Source of the DNA: an uncultured Oligoflexus sp.
GTDB taxonomy: Bacteria; Bdellovibrionota_B; Oligoflexia; Oligoflexales; Oligoflexaceae
Direction of reading: 5' to 3'
NCBI GenBank assembly: GCA_964236955.1
Contig: CAXSGP010000130.1
Location: 1-11,620, forward strand
DNA length: 11,620 nucleotides
Below the pieces are notes generated by a model. It was not told the origin of the DNA and searched no databases. It saw only the letters and a list, made by a program, of their open reading frames with translations. Shown here one piece after another: positions 7,360 to 11,620 of this stretch. The position numbers and the translations under genes were made by a program. Each line of letters starts with the position of its first letter. Positions within the stretch are counted from its first letter, which is position 1.

Positions 7360-7386
7360 ATAAGGGAATCGACCTCTGGCCGATAA
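7360..7386 (+). promoter_or_regulatory. Candidate sigma28 (FliA)-like promoter
   Basis: Perfect -10 GCCGATAA at 7379-7386, with ATAA(G) at 7360-7364 at the canonical N15 spacing. Confidence 0.45.
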
Positions 7387-7520
7387 ACTTCAGGATCTCA
7401 CTCCCGCCCACGTTTTAATGCGACTCAATCGCTCACTTCCACCCTGGACAGCCCGGGAGCAACTGGCTATTATTACGGCTGATCCTGTTGAAACGAGACA
7501 CAAGACCCAGGGGAAAAACC

Positions 7521-9215
7521 ATGATCTTACTCAATCCCAGAAAATACAGCCGTACCAATACCCAAGATCCAGCGACCAAGAAATTGATGGAAAAAGCCAT
7601 CGGTTTTTTTGAAAAAAAAGGTCTGGCGAAGATCAAAGCAGATGACCAAAGCAGTGTTTGGTACCAGGATTTTCTTGATTTTGAAAAAGAGGAAAAAATC
7701 TTTGCCACCTTCCTTACCCCCAGTGGCTACGGTGCCAAAGACAGTCGATGGGACATGTCGAGAATAGAAGAATTTAACGAAATACTCGGTTTTTATGGCC
7801 TTTGCTACTGGTATACCTGGCAGGTTTCCATACTAGGGCTTGGGCCCATCTGGATGGGGAAAAACGAGGATATGAAACATAATGCCGCAAAGTCGCTGCA
7901 AGAAGGTGGCATCTTTGCCTTCGGACTTTCGGAAAGAGACCATGGCGCCGATCTTTACTCTTCAAGCATGAAACTTATGCCCAAACCTGACGGCAGCTAT
8001 GTTGCAAACGGTAGCAAATATTATATAGGCAATGGCAATAAAGCCGCCATGGTTTCCATGTTTGCCAAAAACAGCGCTACCGATGAGTACGTCTGGTTTA
8101 CCGTCGACCCCAAAAACAGTCATTATTCCCACTACAAAATTTCCACATCCGGCGTAAGACAGGCCTATGTCGCGGGTATTGAGATCAAAGACTATCCTGT
8201 GCAAAAAAAGGATATTCTCAGCGAAGGATCCCACGCCTGGGATTCCGCATTAAATACGATCAACATAGGCAAATATCAGTTAGGTTGGGCCTCGATCGGC
8301 ATCTGTACTCATGCCCTCTACGAAGCGATCGATCATGCCGCGAATCGCTCACTTTACGGCAAACTCGTTACCGACTTTCCCCATGTGCAGGTGCTGTTCA
8401 CCGAGGCCTACACCCGCCTCGTGGCGATGAAACTTTATGGACTGAGGGCCTGCGATTATTTCCGCGTGGCCAATGAAGATGACCGTCGCTATCTCCTCTA
8501 TAACCCGATTCAAAAGATGAAGGTGACGATGGAAGGCGAGACCGTTGTCGAGAACCTGCATCAGGTCATAGCGGCCAAGGGATTTGAGCAGAGCACTTAT
8601 TTTGAAATGGCAATACGCGATATCAATATGCTGCCAAAGCTCGAAGGCACCGTTCACGTTAACGTGGCCCTCGTGACCAAATTTATGAAGTCCTTCCTGT
8701 TTAGCCCGAAGGATTATCCCGAAATTGACAAGCAGGATCAGATGCGAAACGATGACTTCCTCTTCCATCAAGGCCCTACCAAAGGCCTGTCCCAGGTCAC
8801 GTTCCACGATTACACGAGGTCATTTGCCGATATTAAAAGTCCCAACCTGGAAATCTTTAAGGAGCAGATCCTATCCTTTAAGGACTTTTTGGCCAAAGCC
8901 TCTCCCACCGAGGCACAAGGCAAAAACATGGACTACATGCTGCAATTGGGCGAACTCTTCACGATGATTCCCTATGCCCAGCTTATTGCCGAAAACAAGA
9001 AGATCTACAAAATTGATGATGCTATATTTGAAGAGATCGCCAAGAACTTCGTCAGTGACTTTTCAAAGTATGCCGTGACTCTTTACTGCGGTCAGGATAA
9101 TGATGAAAATCAACAGAAGCATATTATGAAGATGGTACGCAAACCCAGCGTCGATGCCGTGGCCTTCAAAAAAGTTTGGGATACTTATGTTTTTCCCCTG
9201 AAAGGCCAATACTAA
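7521..9215 (+). CDS. Acyl-CoA dehydrogenase family protein, 564 aa
   Basis: Motifs: AFGLSERDHGAD, NGSKYYIGNG, A-x-x-R-x-LYGK-x-V-x-DF, AAKGF, and KLEGT (catalytic-Glu region). ATG 7521 has AGGGGA at 7509-7514, so it is preferred over TTG 7488. Confidence 0.92.
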   Translation: MILLNPRKYSRTNTQDPATKKLMEKAIGFFEKKGLAKIKADDQSSVWYQDFLDFEKEEKIFATFLTPSGYGAKDSRWDMSRIEEFNEILGFYGLCYWYTWQVSILGLGPIWMGKNEDMKHNAAKSLQEGGIFAFGLSERDHGADLYSSSMKLMPKPDGSYVANGSKYYIGNGNKAAMVSMFAKNSATDEYVWFTVDPKNSHYSHYKISTSGVRQAYVAGIEIKDYPVQKKDILSEGSHAWDSALNTINIGKYQLGWASIGICTHALYEAIDHAANRSLYGKLVTDFPHVQVLFTEAYTRLVAMKLYGLRACDYFRVANEDDRRYLLYNPIQKMKVTMEGETVVENLHQVIAAKGFEQSTYFEMAIRDINMLPKLEGTVHVNVALVTKFMKSFLFSPKDYPEIDKQDQMRNDDFLFHQGPTKGLSQVTFHDYTRSFADIKSPNLEIFKEQILSFKDFLAKASPTEAQGKNMDYMLQLGELFTMIPYAQLIAENKKIYKIDDAIFEEIAKNFVSDFSKYAVTLYCGQDNDENQQKHIMKMVRKPSVDAVAFKKVWDTYVFPLKGQY

Positions 9216-9226
9216 ACTCTATCCTG

Positions 9227-9255
9227 AAAAAAGCCTGGCCCCTTCGTGGGCCAGG
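9227..9255 (-). terminator. Rho-independent terminator of the ABC-F gene (hairpin between convergent genes)
   Basis: Stem CCTGGCCC (9234-9241) and GGGCCAGG (9248-9255) with a 6 nt loop. A6 at 9227-9232 reads as a U-tract on the minus strand. Confidence 0.75.
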
Positions 9256-9278
9256 ACCCAATCGATAGTCAGTACGGA

Positions 9279-10913
9279 TCAATTCAAGGAAGCCTTTTTC
9301 TCGAGGTAGTAGTCATAACTTCCTTCATAAGTTCTGATTTCACCATCCCGAATTTCAAAGACACGATTGACTATTTCACGCAGAAAGTGCCGGTCATGGC
9401 TCACGACGAGAACAGTTCCATCAAAAGCCTGGACAGCCTTGAGCAAGATTTCGCGCGACTCAATATCCAAATGGTTGGTAGGCTCATCGAGCACGAGAAG
9501 GTTTAAGGGGCTCGCCAGGATCATGGCTAGAAGGACCCGGCTTCGTTCCCCTCCCGAAAGGATACCGATCTTCTTATCGACGTCATCACCACTGAATAAA
9601 AACGCCCCCAGCAGGTTTCGAATAAATCCGATCGTTGCATCCGGGAGACGCCCCATCAGCTCTTCGACTATCGTATTCTTGGGGTTTAACAGATCCAGGG
9701 CGTGCTGGCTGAAATAGCCGACCCTGACGCTCGGACCGACGGTGACGCTTCCCGCCGAAGCCTCGGTTTCTCCGACTATGGTCTTTAAAAGCGTGGATTT
9801 TCCAGCGCCGTTCACACCCGTTACCGCGATTTTATTGAGCCGCTCTACGACGCCGGAAACGCCTCGGAATACGAGGCGCAGCGAACCATCTTCCTTCACC
9901 CATTCCTTGGTCAAATCCGTCATGCGCACGACATCGTTGCCGCTACGAGGTGGAGTGGGAAAGGTGAAATCGATGGTTTTGGTTTCGGGAGGGGCTTCGA
10001 TACGATCGATCTTATCGAGCTTTTTAACCCGCGATTGGACCTGCGCCGCATGGGAAGCCCGCGCTCCGAACTTCGCAATGAAATCCTCTTCCTTCGACAG
10101 CATCTCCTGCTGTCGTCGATGAGCAGCGATCTGTTGTTCCCGGCGCAATTCGCGTTCTTTCAAATAATATTCATAGCCGCCGTTGTAGACGGTAACCTGC
10201 TTGTGGGCAATCTCAACAATGCGTCCTACCAATCGATTCATGAACTCTCTATCATGACTCGTCATCACGATAGCGCCTTTGTAAGACTGAAGCCATTCTT
10301 CCAGCCAGATGATCGTTTCGATATCAAGATGGTTGGTAGGTTCGTCCATCAGCAGCACATCGGGTTGAAGGGTGAGGATGCCGGCGAGGGCGATGCGCAT
10401 CTTCCAGCCACCACTGAACTGCTCGACGGGGCGATTATAGTCGTTGGAACCGATACCAAGACCGGTTAGAACCGCCTGAGCCCTTGATTCCAGATCGTAG
10501 CCATCACGCTGCTGGAATTCCATCTGAGCATCGCCGTATTGTTCCATTAAGGCATTGAAGGCATCAGGTGTTAAAGAATTCGTAGTGCCCGTTGCCAGCT
10601 GCTCTTCCACGTTGGCTATAAAACGCCCAAGTTCAGCGGTTTTGCCTGAACTGGAAATCACCTGCTCCAGCGCAGTGCAGCCGCGCATTTCACCGACGTC
10701 CTGGGAAAAATAGCCGATGACGGTGTGAGGTTGGATGGTGATTTGACCGGCATCGGGATGATCTTCACCGACAATCAGGCGAAAGATAGTGGTTTTGCCG
10801 GCACCATTTGGCCCTACAAGGCCGATACGATCGCCTTCGCGTATTAGAAATGACGCATTTTCATAGAGGACCCGCTGGCCTTGGCGCTTGGTTAAGTTTG
10901 TTAAATGTATCAT
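9279..10913 (-). CDS. ABC-F family ribosome-associated ATPase (two NBDs, no TM segments), 544 aa
   Basis: Walker A GPNGAGKT and GVNGAGKS, signatures FSGGW and LSGGE, DEPTNHLD twice, SHDR twice, and an inter-NBD helical linker (ARASHAAQVQSRVKKLDK). Confidence 0.95.
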   Translation of the reverse strand: MIHLTNLTKRQGQRVLYENASFLIREGDRIGLVGPNGAGKTTIFRLIVGEDHPDAGQITIQPHTVIGYFSQDVGEMRGCTALEQVISSSGKTAELGRFIANVEEQLATGTTNSLTPDAFNALMEQYGDAQMEFQQRDGYDLESRAQAVLTGLGIGSNDYNRPVEQFSGGWKMRIALAGILTLQPDVLLMDEPTNHLDIETIIWLEEWLQSYKGAIVMTSHDREFMNRLVGRIVEIAHKQVTVYNGGYEYYLKERELRREQQIAAHRRQQEMLSKEEDFIAKFGARASHAAQVQSRVKKLDKIDRIEAPPETKTIDFTFPTPPRSGNDVVRMTDLTKEWVKEDGSLRLVFRGVSGVVERLNKIAVTGVNGAGKSTLLKTIVGETEASAGSVTVGPSVRVGYFSQHALDLLNPKNTIVEELMGRLPDATIGFIRNLLGAFLFSGDDVDKKIGILSGGERSRVLLAMILASPLNLLVLDEPTNHLDIESREILLKAVQAFDGTVLVVSHDRHFLREIVNRVFEIRDGEIRTYEGSYDYYLEKKASLN

Positions 10914-10946
10914 GAATTATAGACTCAAATGTAGTTATGGGCACCG

Positions 10947-10975
10947 AGTATAGCGCTTTTCCAGTGAGCGAACAA
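10947..10975 (-). promoter_or_regulatory. Sigma70-type promoter of the ABC-F gene
   Basis: On the minus strand, TTGTTC (10975-10970)-N17-TATACT (10952-10947), implying a leader of about 27 nt. Confidence 0.6.
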
Positions 10976-11322
10976 GGACGGGATGAGCAGGCAGAGGCGC
11001 TTCTGAATATTATGGGACCGAAAGCGGTTTTTCAGGGACCATCCGTCAGCCGTTGGCTAAACTGTTGGCCACCGATGTTTTTCCTGCGCTCGGCGCGAGC
11101 ATTGCTTAATTTAGGGCATCCTACGCTTAGACTCATACAAGCGCATGGTCCCGATGCCATGCGACAAGACCCTTTCACGATCGGGCCTCAACACCATGAT
11201 CGCTGAACGAGAGCGGGTTAGGACTTCAAAAAAGGCATTCGAGCCTGTGCCCTTCGTGGCCGACACAGCTCTGATGGTTAGAATTCATTGTAAATTGCAC
11301 GAAACATGAGAAGGACGAAAGT

Positions 11323-11619
11323 ATGAAAAACGAAGAAGAGATCTTATTTGTAAACGTTGTCCATCCAAAAAAAGGTATGCTCGAGGAATTTGCGAAAATT
11401 CAAATTCATGATTTCAAGACCTTTGGCTCTAAGCTCGACGGATCGATATCAAATGAGTTCTACATCAGTGTGAATGAAAAAGGGGACGGACACTGCGTTA
11501 ACATCGCTAGATTCAAAGATCTTGATTCTTATTATCGAGGGACATCAACCAATACGTTTAAGGATCACATGGGCCGCATTAAGTCACTTCTTGAAAGCAT
11601 ACAGCCAATGCTCCTAAAA
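11323..11619 (+). CDS. Antibiotic biosynthesis monooxygenase-like (dimeric alpha-beta barrel) protein, 3' truncated by the window
   Basis: Not in the ORF track because it has no stop in the window. RBS AAGGA at 11311-11315. Hand translation: MKNEEEILFVNVVHPKKGMLEEFAKIQIHDFKTFGSKLDGSISNEFYISVNEKGDGHCVNIARFKDLDSYYRGTSTNTFKDHMGRIKSLLESIQPMLLK. The pattern P-x-x-G-x-x-EEF...VN-x-A-x-F...F-x-x-H fits ABM/dabb domains. Confidence 0.7.
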   Translation, partial: MKNEEEILFVNVVHPKKGMLEEFAKIQIHDFKTFGSKLDGSISNEFYISVNEKGDGHCVNIARFKDLDSYYRGTSTNTFKDHMGRIKSLLESIQPMLLK

Positions 11620-11620
11620 A

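Noticed and set aside
9246..10469. Plus-strand ORFs opposite the ABC-F gene, and other antisense or alternate-frame ORFs across the window
   Set aside because: Typical shadow ORFs of well-supported genes.
9279..10913. ABC-F as an antibiotic-resistance (ARE) protein
   Set aside because: No attenuator leader, no mobile context and no recognisable ARE-specific features. A housekeeping subfamily is more likely.
10937..11206. 89 aa ORF in the divergent promoter region
   Set aside because: No RBS, it overlaps the ABC-F promoter, and it has no recognisable motif.
1..11620. CRISPR arrays, tRNA/rRNA, tmRNA, RNase P RNA, transposases, known defence genes
   Set aside because: I saw no regularly spaced direct repeats or diagnostic motifs by eye.

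Overview
Bacterial chromosomal window of mostly housekeeping or metabolic genes. In order: the 3' part of thrB coupled to thrC; a convergent small acidic hypothetical gene; a ~600 bp intergenic region holding a 125 bp TA-bounded imperfect palindrome (2106-2230) and a hairpin-rich leader; a translationally coupled four-gene operon (uncharacterised lipoprotein, MlaE-, MlaF- and MlaD/MCE-family genes) with no mlaA/B/C in the window; a pseudo-receiver plus TPR protein; an acyl-CoA dehydrogenase; a convergent ABC-F ATPase with a promoter and terminator; and an AT-richer ABM-like gene cut by the window end. Gene content (receiver-TPR protein, lipoprotein-mlaEFD, sigma28-like motifs) suggests Bdellovibrionota/Oligoflexia or a related deltaproteobacteria-like lineage, but this is inference only. 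I see no CRISPR array, transposase, integrase, tRNA or rRNA. The best leads are the MITE-like palindrome beside an orphan acidic protein, the lipoprotein heading the MCE transporter, and the Asp-to-His pseudo-receiver. None is proven novel without database searches.
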